From assembly GCA_034530875.2 (NCBI GenBank), contig JAVRCJ020000036.1, forward strand, positions 13,793 to 67,929: a DNA stretch of 54,137 bases. Reading direction: 5' to 3'. The notes under the pieces are model-generated. The model was not told the DNA's origin. It did not search any database and saw nothing but the letters and a program-made list of their open reading frames with translations. This DNA comes from Nostoc sp. DedSLP01. GTDB taxonomy: Bacteria; Cyanobacteriota; Cyanobacteriia; Cyanobacteriales; Nostocaceae. This document shows, piece by piece, positions 26,866 to 36,291 of the stretch. How positions within the stretch are numbered: the first letter of the stretch is position 1; every line of letters begins with the position of its first letter. The translations under genes were made by a program, and so were the position numbers.

Positions 26866-28550
26866 TTACTGGTTTGTTTCTTGCCAGAACCGCAACTCAT
26901 CCTTGAAATACCTGTCAGTCTTTTTCGAGCGCTCTTTCCAGCAATCCCACGCCATCACTACTTCCTCACCTAAATCCTCTACAACTTCACCCCTTTCGAT
27001 ATACAGAGTGCGGTAAGGGTCGGTATGGGCAACGATAGAACCAACACCAATCGCAGCAGGTTGTTCAGCTTTTTCTAGGGCGGCAATTAACTCTGTCTCT
27101 TCGATGGTAAGTTCCGCCAAGTAGTCAAGTTTTATTACCTCATACTCCTGCGCCACATCCAAATAGTTAATCCATGTACATCCAGGTTTGGCTAACACTT
27201 GCCGAATGTCACTAACCGCTTGAGGTAACAGTTGTAATTGTTCGGTTCGATATGCGATCGCACTTTGTGTCGGCTCACTGCCCAAAATCAGAGCCGCAGC
27301 TTGCAGGGCTTGAGTATTGTTCATGGCACTGGCAAGATTACCCAAAGCAATACCCATCCCATAAGCCGTAAACACTCTTGGGCGTTTTCCTTCGGAGGTT
27401 CAAGAGCAAGCGATCGCAGGTCGAGTATTTTATCTAGAGCTTGCTTAACCTGCTTGTTCAGGGCTTTAGTTGCTTGCTTAGTAAGAGTATTGCCCCATTC
27501 TTGAGCAGGACGTTCTTGTACAGCATTTTCTAGTTCCTGAATACGCCCTTTTAGACGCTGGTTCTCAAGTTCCAACTGCCTCAATCCTTCCAACTCGAAC
27601 AGCCGTTGCTGCAACTGGATATTTTCTTCCTTCTGCTGCTGAAACAGGTTTTGTAAAGCGGTTAGTTGTTCAGTTACCTGTTGTTGTGCTGCTTGTGTGG
27701 CTTCTGTTTGCAAGCCAATCCTCAACTCTTGCTCCAACCGTTCCAATTCCTGCTGATGCTGTTGCTTGAGTTGTGCGATCGCTTCGGCGTATTCTGCGGG
27801 GTAGGTTCTTTCAGTAGAAAATGGAACGCTTGCAGCATCCAAATCAGCGTTATTGACCAGTTCCCTACTGCCATCAGCGAAGGTGACAATCTGCTGTCTG
27901 TAATTCGGGGGGTCTGCTTCGATGGTTCCTTCTTCGCCATACCTGAGATGAGATGGTGAGGTGACTTTAACTATGTTGGTTTTGGAAACCATTGGTTCCT
28001 CAAATTCTCCAACCACTGGTTCTTCAATTTTAGGAACCATTGGTTCTGTAGTTTTTTGGCGTGGTAGCCGAGGAACCACTTTGTTTGCAGCTGCGGCAAA
28101 GTCTGATTCGCTGGGGGAGGGATTTTCTTCAAGTGCGATCGCAACAGCAGCCTTTACCTTTAGCTTGTCTGGTTCCTTAACTAGCCGTAGCAGCGAACGG
28201 GCTTGACGCTCATTGTTTATGTGTTCGCCCAACTCATCAGCTGTGTCCTTAACTTTCTTGGCTCCCAGCAGTTGGTTAATTCTCCGGTAGCCGCCCCATA
28301 CAGATAATTCAGCTTGGCAGTATTGCTCAAAACTTTTATAGCCAGCCTCACAGTAAAGCCGTTGTTCTCGCATTTGGAGTATTTCATCGACGGCTTGCCA
28401 CTCGAATCGATCGATGGCAGTGAACGTTTCTTTGATGCTGCTGTTGAGAATGCTGTAGCTGGGTGCTGATGTTTTTTCGCGGTCTAGTGTCAGCATGATT
28501 ATTGCCCACGCTTGGTAAATGCACGAAAACAGACAGAAAATGCAATTCAA
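26866..28550 (-). pseudogene. Plasmid-type hypothetical protein split by a 5-bp duplication
   Basis: YKSFEQYC N-terminal motif, KOW-like segments and coiled coil; removing one ATGGG of ATGGGATGGG (27353-27362) fuses ORFs 27321..28550 and 26866..27375 as CLRLMGIALGNL. Confidence 0.75.
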
Positions 28551-28677
28551 CCAAAGTGAACATTCATGCTGGAGTTTGGACTATACCAAAAATGTGTCAG
28601 CATATATCTAGCTCACTTTGTTGCCCAACAATCTGAGTCGGCGATCGCATTGCTTGGTCGGCGGGCGATCGCTCTTA

Positions 28678-29037
28678 CTATGCAACAAATAAAGAAGCTG
28701 GAGATTGATTATCTGTTGAGTGCAGTTTTCTGGTTTGGTTAGATTGTTCAAGTTCAGTTTCACCTGGAGTCTCAGCTGGAGTTGGTGTCAGAGGATCTTT
28801 GGTGTAACTGATTAAATCTGTTGGTGTAATTTCACCTGTTAAATCTTGTGCCAGAAAATTCAGTGCATTGCATAGCTTATTTAATGATTCACCATCAAGT
28901 CGAGGCATGGTTTTAGCTTTTCGTAAATTAGCTATCGAGTTGTGGCTAACACCCATAGCTTTAGCAAGGTCGCCTGCTCTAATGTCATACCTTGCCATAA
29001 TTTCTTTTAATCTCCACCTAATCAAAGTCTGCATCAC
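28678..29037 (-). CDS. XRE/Cro-C1 HTH transcriptional regulator
   Basis: LIRWRLKEIMARYDIRAGDLAKAMGVSHNSIANLR...LNKLCNAL; GGAG RBS. Confidence 0.88.
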   Translation of the reverse strand: MMQTLIRWRLKEIMARYDIRAGDLAKAMGVSHNSIANLRKAKTMPRLDGESLNKLCNALNFLAQDLTGEITPTDLISYTKDPLTPTPAETPGETELEQSNQTRKLHSTDNQSPASLFVA

Positions 29038-29095
29038 AAAATCAACTCCTCCAGCTTACTTCTATCCAGACTATACCACAAATTTCAGAGTATTA

Positions 29096-29167
29096 CTGAT
29101 ATTTTTCAGCCCTAAACTGAAAAATATCAGCTCAGGCGTTGACTGCTGAAAAATTTCAGAGTAGACT
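29096..29167. promoter_or_regulatory. Three CTGA-N6-TCAG operator palindromes plus a rightward sigma70-type promoter
   Basis: ctgatatttttcag 29096, ctgaaaaatatcag 29117, ctgaaaaatttcag 29146; TTGACT(29139)-17 bp-TAGACT(29162). Confidence 0.7.
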
Positions 29168-29189
29168 TGTAATTACAAGGGATAAATAA

Positions 29190-29492
29190 ATTAACTCCGT
29201 TTTTCCCAAATGTCTAAAATGCTTGCAATTATTTACCCTGAACAGCGAATCTAATTTGACTGATTTAGGTGTAACAAAATAGGGGTACAGCCGGGATACC
29301 TGCAATTTGGGACACGTTGTAAACAAATGTTGCAGAAACCGATTTTGCGATTTACTAACTTGCCCAAAAATGGTATTTAAACATTCAAATTTTTGCACAC
29401 TAAAATCAACTCTTCAGGCGATTCAGTCCCTCAAACTTGCCCATAAATGACCTTTTTAGGGAATGTTTTGCTCTCTTGACAATACTGAAGTT
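29190..29492 (-). mobile_element. Probable internally deleted IS remnant
   Basis: MQKFECLNTIFGQVSKSQNRFLQHLFTT resembles cyanobacterial transposase N-termini; imperfect AACT ends. Confidence 0.35.
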
Positions 29493-29714
29493 GGATGTTG
29501 AAACATCGAATAATCAAGGGTTTTGAGACTCTGTATTACAAAAGTTTACAACGTGGGTCATTTTACACATATTTCGTCATACCCCCATATTATAACTTTT
29601 AGAAAGAGAGGGAATTGATTCGTTGTATATTGAACTAGAAACTGATCCAGAAAGAAACAAAAGAGAGCAAAAAGCAGCGAATAATTAAAAATGTTTCTTT
29701 TACTTATAATCAAC

Positions 29715-30386
29715 ATGAAAAATCAGACAGTTCTTATTGTTGGCGGAAGTTCAGGAATTGGACTAGCTTTAGCTCAACAAGTTAAACGACAAGGAAGTAA
29801 TGTGATTATTGCTTCCAAATCTGCTGAACAACAAGCCCCTGAATTACGAAAAATTAACAAGCTCAAAGAGTGTAAATACTTTTCGTTCGATATTACTAAA
29901 GAAAGTGAAATCAAAAAATTATTAGAAAAGGTAGGTTGTATCGATCATATTGCCATAACGGTGAAGTCTCCTTTAATTGTTGCTCCATTCTTAGAGTTAA
30001 ATACCTCAGATGTCCGTCACGCGTTTGAAACCAAGCTTTGGGGTCAATACAATATCGCTAAATTAGCTTATAAACAAATTAATTCGGGGGGGAGTATTGT
30101 CTTTTCTTCAGGAAGTTTGGGCATTCGTCCCTATTTAGGTTTTTCTACGCTAAGTATGATTAATGGTGCAGTGGAATCTTTATGTAAAGCTCTTGCCTTA
30201 GAAATCGCTCCGATTAGAGTCAATGCTGTTTCTCCAGGGTTTACAACGTTAAAAGAAATGGAAGACAAAATTCCTCTAGGACTAGGAAAATTCTCACAAA
30301 TAGCGGAAGCCTATTTATTTCTAATGAACAATAGTTATCTAACAGGGACTACCATTCTTAGTGATGGTGGTGCAATGTTAATTTAA
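29715..30386 (+). CDS. SDR family oxidoreductase
   Basis: VLIVGGSSGIG, GGSIVFSSG, LALEIAPIRVNAVSPG, YLTGTTILSDGG. Confidence 0.9.
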   Translation: MKNQTVLIVGGSSGIGLALAQQVKRQGSNVIIASKSAEQQAPELRKINKLKECKYFSFDITKESEIKKLLEKVGCIDHIAITVKSPLIVAPFLELNTSDVRHAFETKLWGQYNIAKLAYKQINSGGSIVFSSGSLGIRPYLGFSTLSMINGAVESLCKALALEIAPIRVNAVSPGFTTLKEMEDKIPLGLGKFSQIAEAYLFLMNNSYLTGTTILSDGGAMLI

Positions 30387-30562
30387 ACCTTAAATTCATA
30401 TTCATAACGCCTTATGACTTCCAATACAAAACCCTCTCAAACTCTCTCATCCCCTCCTAGTAACTGTAGCGAACTGCAAACAGAGAGCGATAAAACTGCA
30501 AACAAGGCGATTTTGAAACCACATTCTCTGCAAATAAGGGTGGTCTCAAAACCACAATAATG

Positions 30563-31129
30563 GCATCCGTGAGAGGTTAAGGTAATTACTGTACAAATCT
30601 TCCCTGCCAACTGTCCTGTCTTCAAGTCTTCCAAGCTTTTAAGCTTGCGGAATAAAGCCTCTAATGTTGAGCCATCAGCTATCCAAATCCTTTCAAAATT
30701 CTTGAGGGTAAATTTAACACTATCAGGAAGTGGTCGTCTCAACCTTTGCTGCCAATTTAGTTGTAACTGCGGTAGTAAATCTTTAAATACTCGCTCAAAC
30801 AATTCAGATGGAAATACTAAAAATCTTTCTGAAAGTGATTTTTGAGCAATTGTTGTGGCACGACACCACAATAAATCTTCCCTTGCTAATAATCGAGTTA
30901 ATTCTTGTACGCCAGGAACTTGCCGCCACAAAAGTGTTAGCACTACTGCTACCATCAAAGATAAATTGAGAACTCTATCTCGCAATCCTAATTGCTTATA
31001 ATATTTTTGTTGAGCAAAGATAGCAGGAGTTAATAAAGCTTCTAATTGTTGAGAGATAGCTTCATTATTTATGCTAGGAGTGTTGTGCCGTTATGCATGG
31101 TCAGAGTTTCGTTTTGCAGCTTTAGGCAT
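30563..31129 (-). mobile_element. IS4-family transposase pseudogene (premature stop, internal deletion)
   Basis: MPKAAKRNSDHA*RHN...LGLRDRVLNLSLMVAVVLTLLWRQV...IWIADGSTLEALFRKL...GKICTVI runs straight into the end sequence CATCCGTGAGAGGTTAAG (30563). Confidence 0.85.
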
Positions 31130-31576
31130 GGTAGTAAACTCAGTTTTCTATTACCTGGTTTGATTACTGAATTTACCTAACAATGTGGTTCAATTATCCC
31201 CAAGTTATTGTGTTGTTACAATACTTTTTCGTTCCATATTTTATCTGCTAAAAATTTTAATGATAATGATAATCAAAAACAGGGGGGAAGGAGGCGAGCG
31301 GCGCTCGCCTCCTTAATTGAGTGTGGCCTATCTGCCCAATTGAATTGCTTAGATAAATCTATCAAGTTAGTAAAATGCTGGGGAATGTCTAAGCTAATTT
31401 TCCAGAATGATAGCAGCTGCCTAATTACCTCGGCAGCAGGAAGTCTTTTAAATTCATCTTCAAGAAGAGTACGCTTCTCCTTAACAAGAAATACCCATGC
31501 TAGTCGTTCCAATGCTGCTTGTTGCAAAACAATAGCTCCTTGGGACTTCCAATAAATAAAATACCCAATATTTAAG

Positions 31577-31589
31577 AATGATAATCATT
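31577..31589. promoter_or_regulatory. Fur-box-like palindrome
   Basis: AATGAT-A-ATCATT; second GATAATGATAATCA array at 31262. Confidence 0.4.
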
Positions 31590-31599
31590 GTAGAGTGGT

Positions 31600-31641
31600 G
31601 GGAAGTCAGGGCTGCCGTCGGCAACCCTGACTTCCCTTTTT
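31600..31641 (+). terminator. Strong GC hairpin plus U-tract
   Basis: gggaagtcagggctgcc-gtc-ggcaaccctgacttccc-ttttt (17-bp stem, 1 mismatch). Confidence 0.65.
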
Positions 31642-31684
31642 GTAGTAAGTTCAATATATGGTTCGAGTTTTGGGGTGTGTTGGA

Positions 31685-31790
31685 GTGTCGATTGAATTAA
31701 CTGACTCATTAAAAAGTCTGCTTCAGGAAACCGCAACTCAATTGAAAGGAGCAGCTAGACGACGTTTTCAAGGGCAGACTGTTATGGGAT
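31685..31790 (+). mobile_element. ISAzo13-family transposase 5' fragment
   Basis: IELTDSLKSLLQETATQLKGAARRRFQGQTVMG, cut off by the ISAs1 IR. Confidence 0.65.
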
Positions 31791-32461
31791 CAGGGCGAAC
31801 GCATCTTATTTACTAATAAAAACTAAGAAAGATTACAAAATGACATAGATAATTCTAAAAATTAATGGAACGATAAGCAAAGTAAATCAAACTTGTTCTG
31901 AAAATATCAATTAGTTTATCTTCATCTGAATGAGCAATTCATTAATAAGAAAACAATTCAATTAGGGGGTACATAAAAGTATATTTACTCAGAAAATAGA
32001 TAAATCTTTAATATGAAATATTCAATTCAAGTTTTGATGTACTATTTTAAGCTAACGCTAAAACTCTTAGTAAATAGTCGTTATCCATCGCTGCGAGGAA
32101 CTGTTTATTTTTGATTCCTCGTTTTACACGTTTCTCTTTACCTAAAAGGTTGACTGCAATCTGTCTTAGTGCAGCCATACAGTTCAATTGCCACCCAACT
32201 GTCCGCTCCACATATCACCGCACAAATCGCAATAGTCAAAATATCAATTAACTCGTGTCGCTTCGTGCGATCTATTCTTGGATCTGACATCTGTGCAAAA
32301 TGGTCAGCAATGGTGATTTTAGGCTTGAGTTTCACGCTTTGTTAGGGCTAGGCTCTACTTTTACTATGACTCTACCATCAATGAGCGATCGCTCAACCTC
32401 CCTGAGACACGCGAGCTAACTTTTTTAGTAAGCATGTATATATTTAGATGCGTTCGCCCTG
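31791..32461 (-). mobile_element. Internally deleted ISAs1-family element with both IRs
   Basis: Perfect 16-bp IRs CAGGGCGAACGCATCT (31791) / AGATGCGTTCGCCCTG (32446-32461); fragment SDPRIDRTKRHELIDILTIAICAVICGADSW. Confidence 0.9.
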
Positions 32462-32528
32462 CTACTGTGACACTAAGAGTAAAAATTCTCAAGGATAAAT
32501 TTAGTCAGAGTTTAGGGCTACCTTTTAA

Positions 32529-32777
32529 GAGGATGTCTGAAAAGTTTTTAATGGGTGATTTTAATCACGCAAGTTGTTTGAGCATCAGACGAATCATCGC
32601 AATGTAAACAAAAGTTTCTGTTGTTTCTGGTAAGATTTCATAATCCTTACTTAATCGCCGACACCAGTTAAACCAACCAAAAGTCCTCTCAACAAGCCAG
32701 CGTTTAGGTAATACGACAAAACCCTTCTGTTCTTTACGGTGGGTAACAACACTTAAAATCCATCGATTTTTGAACAA
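32529..32777 (-). mobile_element. IS5 (IS1031-group) 3' fragment with IR
   Basis: [48 protein letters not shown]. Confidence 0.88.
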
Positions 32778-33128
32778 TCATGATATTAAATTAGCAAGAA
32801 AACTGTACAGTTTTCTTAAACCAAATGATGTACTTTTAGGGGATAGACCTTTTTGTGCTTATGCCGATATGGTTGCTATTACCAATTTACTGAATTTTCT
32901 TCCTAAATTAGAAACTGCTCACTCTCAAAAACGCATCCGACTTTATCGTAGTTTGCTGAAAATTATTGTTCACAAGGTTGTCCCCAACCGTCCTGCACGC
33001 AGCGAACCACGAGTCACCAAACGCTGCCCCAAAGCCTACCCCAGATTGACCAAACCTCGGCAATAATTACGTCAACAATTGCAGACTGCTTAATCGATAA
33101 GCGTTTCCGCTTTTCTTAGTGCCATTCG
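32770..33128 (+). mobile_element. IS4-family transposase fragment with right IR
   Basis: DVLLGDRPFCAY...RPARSEPRVTKR.PK.YP; end CTTAGTGCCATTCG at 33115-33128; degenerate left end GACACTAAG near 32469. Confidence 0.75.
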
Positions 33129-33247
33129 GTAAGGGGGAAAGGGAAAAGGGGGAATCTTTCTTTGCCTTTCCCCACTAAATCTTGTATCCCTACAGATGTT
33201 AAAGCAGAAACGACAAAATTTCTGATATGATAAAAGTCTCTCTCATT

Positions 33248-33280
33248 AACTACGGTAGACCTATAAGTTTACCGTAGTTT
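33248..33280. promoter_or_regulatory. 33-bp palindrome, copy 1
   Basis: AACTACGGTAGACCTATAAGTTTACCGTAGTTT; 26/33 identical to 36052-36084. Confidence 0.55.
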
Positions 33281-33286
33281 AACTCG

Positions 33287-33652
33287 CTAAGGAACAACAT
33301 TTCTGCCAAATCCATCTAGTGTATTCTTAACAGCATTGATATATCCTTTGTCATTTAAAACTTCTGAGGGCAATCTATTAGTTTTGACTGCACTCCGAAC
33401 AATGTCTTTAGCAGTAATTTCTTTTGTTTGATAACCCACAATCAAGTTATTGTAACCAGGAATACCTTGTTGTTCAAAGTAACCTTGATAAGCCAGACCA
33501 ACAAGATTAAAAGGTTCTATCCCAGTTGTAGAAAGGGAGTTGTTAGCTATATCTGTAGAACCGATCGCAATTTTTTCCGATGCGAAAACAGGTGCGGTGG
33601 CTGTAGATATCAACACTAAAGATAAGGTACTAAGAATTAAACGTTTCATCAT
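33287..33652 (-). CDS. Small secreted cyanobacterial hypothetical protein
   Basis: Signal peptide MKRLILSTLSLVLISTATAPVFA; PFNLVGLAYQGYFEQQGIPGY motif. Confidence 0.8.
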   Translation of the reverse strand: MMKRLILSTLSLVLISTATAPVFASEKIAIGSTDIANNSLSTTGIEPFNLVGLAYQGYFEQQGIPGYNNLIVGYQTKEITAKDIVRSAVKTNRLPSEVLNDKGYINAVKNTLDGFGRNVVP

Positions 33653-33832
33653 ACAATTCCGTAAGATTGAGTAGGATTAAGTAAAGTCAAAGACAAGCTT
33701 TGGCGTACCTGTTCCTATCTTGTCATCGTGGCGATCGCGAAACGTCTTTCTCTAGTAGGTTATTTCTAAGTCATTGAGTAGGAAGATTTTTAATCTAGAT
33801 ATACTTCTGGCGAATAGTTCGGTGGGGATAAA

Positions 33833-33879
33833 ACAAGAATCTCCCGCTAACCCTTGCGGGTTTAGCGGTGAGGTGTCAA
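33833..33879 (+). mobile_element. Solo IS200/IS605-type right-end hairpin
   Basis: AAGAATCTC-CCGCTAA..TTAGCGG-TGAGGTGTCAA: subterminal hairpin ending in TCAA. Confidence 0.5.
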
Positions 33880-34039
33880 ACAAAGGAGAAGCAATTGAGG
33901 GAGGCAGTCCAGATGAAGCAAGTTTCACAAGCGTTACATGAAAGTGGTCTTTTCCGTACTCCCCACTTTCAGTCAGAGGTCAGTTTTCCTCCTGCCTCCT
34001 GCCCTCTGCCTCCTGCCTTCGCTGATAAACAACGATAGT

Positions 34040-35068
34040 TTAGACGAACTTAAAGTCTACATTGAGACTGATATTGATGGAATCTTCAACAATACCAATT
34101 CTCTCCTTACCACTGCTAGCAAGATAGTAAATTTCAGTGTCTTTAGCTGCTGTACCAATTCCAGTAACGCTCTTGAATTCCAGCAGATATTTAGCCTTAT
34201 CACCCCTTACTACAACCCAGTCGTCGGGTTGGCTCCATTTTTGAATAATGGCATATCCATCTCCAGGCTCTACGTATGAAACGCCCCAACTACCTCCCAG
34301 GATGAAGTAATCGATTCCTGCTCCTCCTTCGAGCTTGTCAAACTGAGAAACAGTATTGACGCTGGTTCCATAACCGTTGAGGGTGTCCCCACCAGCACTA
34401 CCTACTAGCAAATCGTTGCCAAATCCACCAATGAGAGAATCGTTCCCACTGTCACCATACAGAGAGTCATTGCCATTGCCACCAACTAAGGTATCGTTAT
34501 CGTCACCACCGTAGATTGTATCGTTGCCATCACCACCAGTCAGAGAATCCTTGCCGCTGCCACCCGATAGGTAATCCTTGCCATTGCCACCAATTAAGGT
34601 ATCGTTATCACTCTCGCCTAAGATTCTATCGTCGCCATCACCACCATTTAGAACATCATTACCAGAATAACCATACAGCGTATCATTCCCTGCACCTCCA
34701 ATCACGGTATCGAAACCATACCAACCGTCGAGGTAGTCATTGCCTGCATCTCCTCGTAAATAGTCGTCCCCATAATCTCCGAATAGCCTGTCATTGCCGG
34801 TACCAGCGTAGATCCTATCGTTGCCGTAACCTCCATTGAGAGTGTCATTTCCGATCTCATCGTGATAGCTTTCAAACCCCAGGGTATCGTTACCATCTCC
34901 ACCATATAGGGAGTCGTTGTCCCAACTGCCGATCAAAATATCGTTACCCACGTTGCCGATGAGAGTATCGTTACCATAATCCCCGTAAACCCAGTCATCT
35001 CCTGCTAAAGCATCGATCCTATCGTTTCCCAAAGTACCGAAAATGTTGTCATTAAAAATGGTTGCCAT
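34040..35068 (-). CDS. RTX/hemolysin-type calcium-binding protein
   Basis: More than 20 GGxGNDxLx nonapeptides. Confidence 0.92.
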   Translation of the reverse strand: MATIFNDNIFGTLGNDRIDALAGDDWVYGDYGNDTLIGNVGNDILIGSWDNDSLYGGDGNDTLGFESYHDEIGNDTLNGGYGNDRIYAGTGNDRLFGDYGDDYLRGDAGNDYLDGWYGFDTVIGGAGNDTLYGYSGNDVLNGGDGDDRILGESDNDTLIGGNGKDYLSGGSGKDSLTGGDGNDTIYGGDDNDTLVGGNGNDSLYGDSGNDSLIGGFGNDLLVGSAGGDTLNGYGTSVNTVSQFDKLEGGAGIDYFILGGSWGVSYVEPGDGYAIIQKWSQPDDWVVVRGDKAKYLLEFKSVTGIGTAAKDTEIYYLASSGKERIGIVEDSINISLNVDFKFV

Positions 35069-35502
35069 AATTTTTACTCGTTGGTTACAAATGCTAGTCG
35101 GACGTTAGATCGCAATTTCTCTAAAGCGATAAAAAAGAGCGATCGCAAACTGTCAAAATCCTAAAATGTATATTCCAGAAGTATTTTAAGTATTTGAAGT
35201 ATGCTGTAACACAGATTGTATAATAGAAAAATTCAAATTTTAACAGCTAAAGTTATACCCAGTTCTAGTTAATTTCTGGGTTAATCGTGTAGTATTAGAT
35301 ATATTTTTTACATAAGTTGCGGAGGTGAACCGCAAAATAAGAATAACATCACATATAATTAGATGTTTTCAATATTACCGCCACTAAAATTAATATCAAC
35401 TGCCACAACATATTATATGAACAGTTTTTTCCTCTTGTGAGAAATCACAATTCAAGCTCAGGGTAATTATTAGTATTAGTAGCAAGCAACTTTGATTACA
35501 AT

Positions 35503-35632
35503 TAAGTAGAATGGCGTAAAAAAATCAAAGTATGTAACGAAAAGTAAAGTTGCCCAAAAAGCTCTTCCCTCCTGCTTTCTGTCCTCTGCCTCCTGCCTTG
35601 CCATAACGACAATTTTCAATACCGACCTATTT
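35503..35632. repeat. Dispersed MITE-like repeat (copy related to 18271-18395)
   Basis: taagtagaatggcg...gacctattta, with CTGCCTC heptamers inside. Confidence 0.7.
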
Positions 35633-36051
35633 ATATAGCGATCGCCCCTATAAGGATATTTTTACAACTAATGCACTATTTTAAGCTTGCCGCCCCAGTA
35701 GGGTGCGTTACGCCATGTTGTTTATTTATCTCTTGACTTTCGGTTTTTACTTTTAATCGTTATCCTCAATCAGCTAATTTGATGATGTATCAATTAATTT
35801 GATGGGATATTAGTTAAATTATCCTAAATTTTGCTAATTTAAATAATTTTCCTCAGTTTTGGAAAATCTAGCTTTAATTGAGTTGCTGTTTTTTGGAGGG
35901 AATTTTTGAGTTAATCAGTTAATTATACAGCAAAGTGCTGTTAGCGGTGGCGCAGCTCGCGATTTAGGTAACAAATTCATTCGTGGCGAAATAAAGAAAT
36001 ATTGATTTGATTTTTGCAGCCCATTATAAAGATGCTATGCTGATTTTAATA

Positions 36052-36084
36052 AACTACGATATGTCTATCAGGTTACAGTAGTTT
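36052..36084. promoter_or_regulatory. 33-bp palindrome, copy 2, upstream of the organosulfur operon
   Basis: AACTACGATATGTCTATCAGGTTACAGTAGTTT, just downstream of a possible TATGCT -10. Confidence 0.55.
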
Positions 36085-36109
36085 ATACTGTCGTATTGCA
36101 TTGATATGG

Positions 36110-36236
36110 CAATACAGTTGAGTTAAGCTTTTTGTCCCCCCTGCTTCACGGCAGTTGCTACAACGCGGAGAACCCGCGCAATGCAATGCCTCCCCTGCCT
36201 ACCTTAACAGATAAATTTCCTTAACTAACCGTATTG
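36110..36236. mobile_element. MITE with CAATAC..GTTAAG IRs and a 10-bp target duplication
   Basis: CAATACAGTTGAGTTAAG / CTTAACTAACCGTATTG; flanks ATTGATATGG / ATTAATATGG. Confidence 0.75.
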
Positions 36237-36291
36237 ATTAATATGGCTGCTGCTTCAACTCCGAACCATTGACATGAAGGAATAAATTGCG

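Noticed and set aside
31577..31641. Known iron-stress sRNA IsaR1
   Set aside because: I could not match the sequence to IsaR1; kept only as an unassigned Fur-like site plus hairpin.
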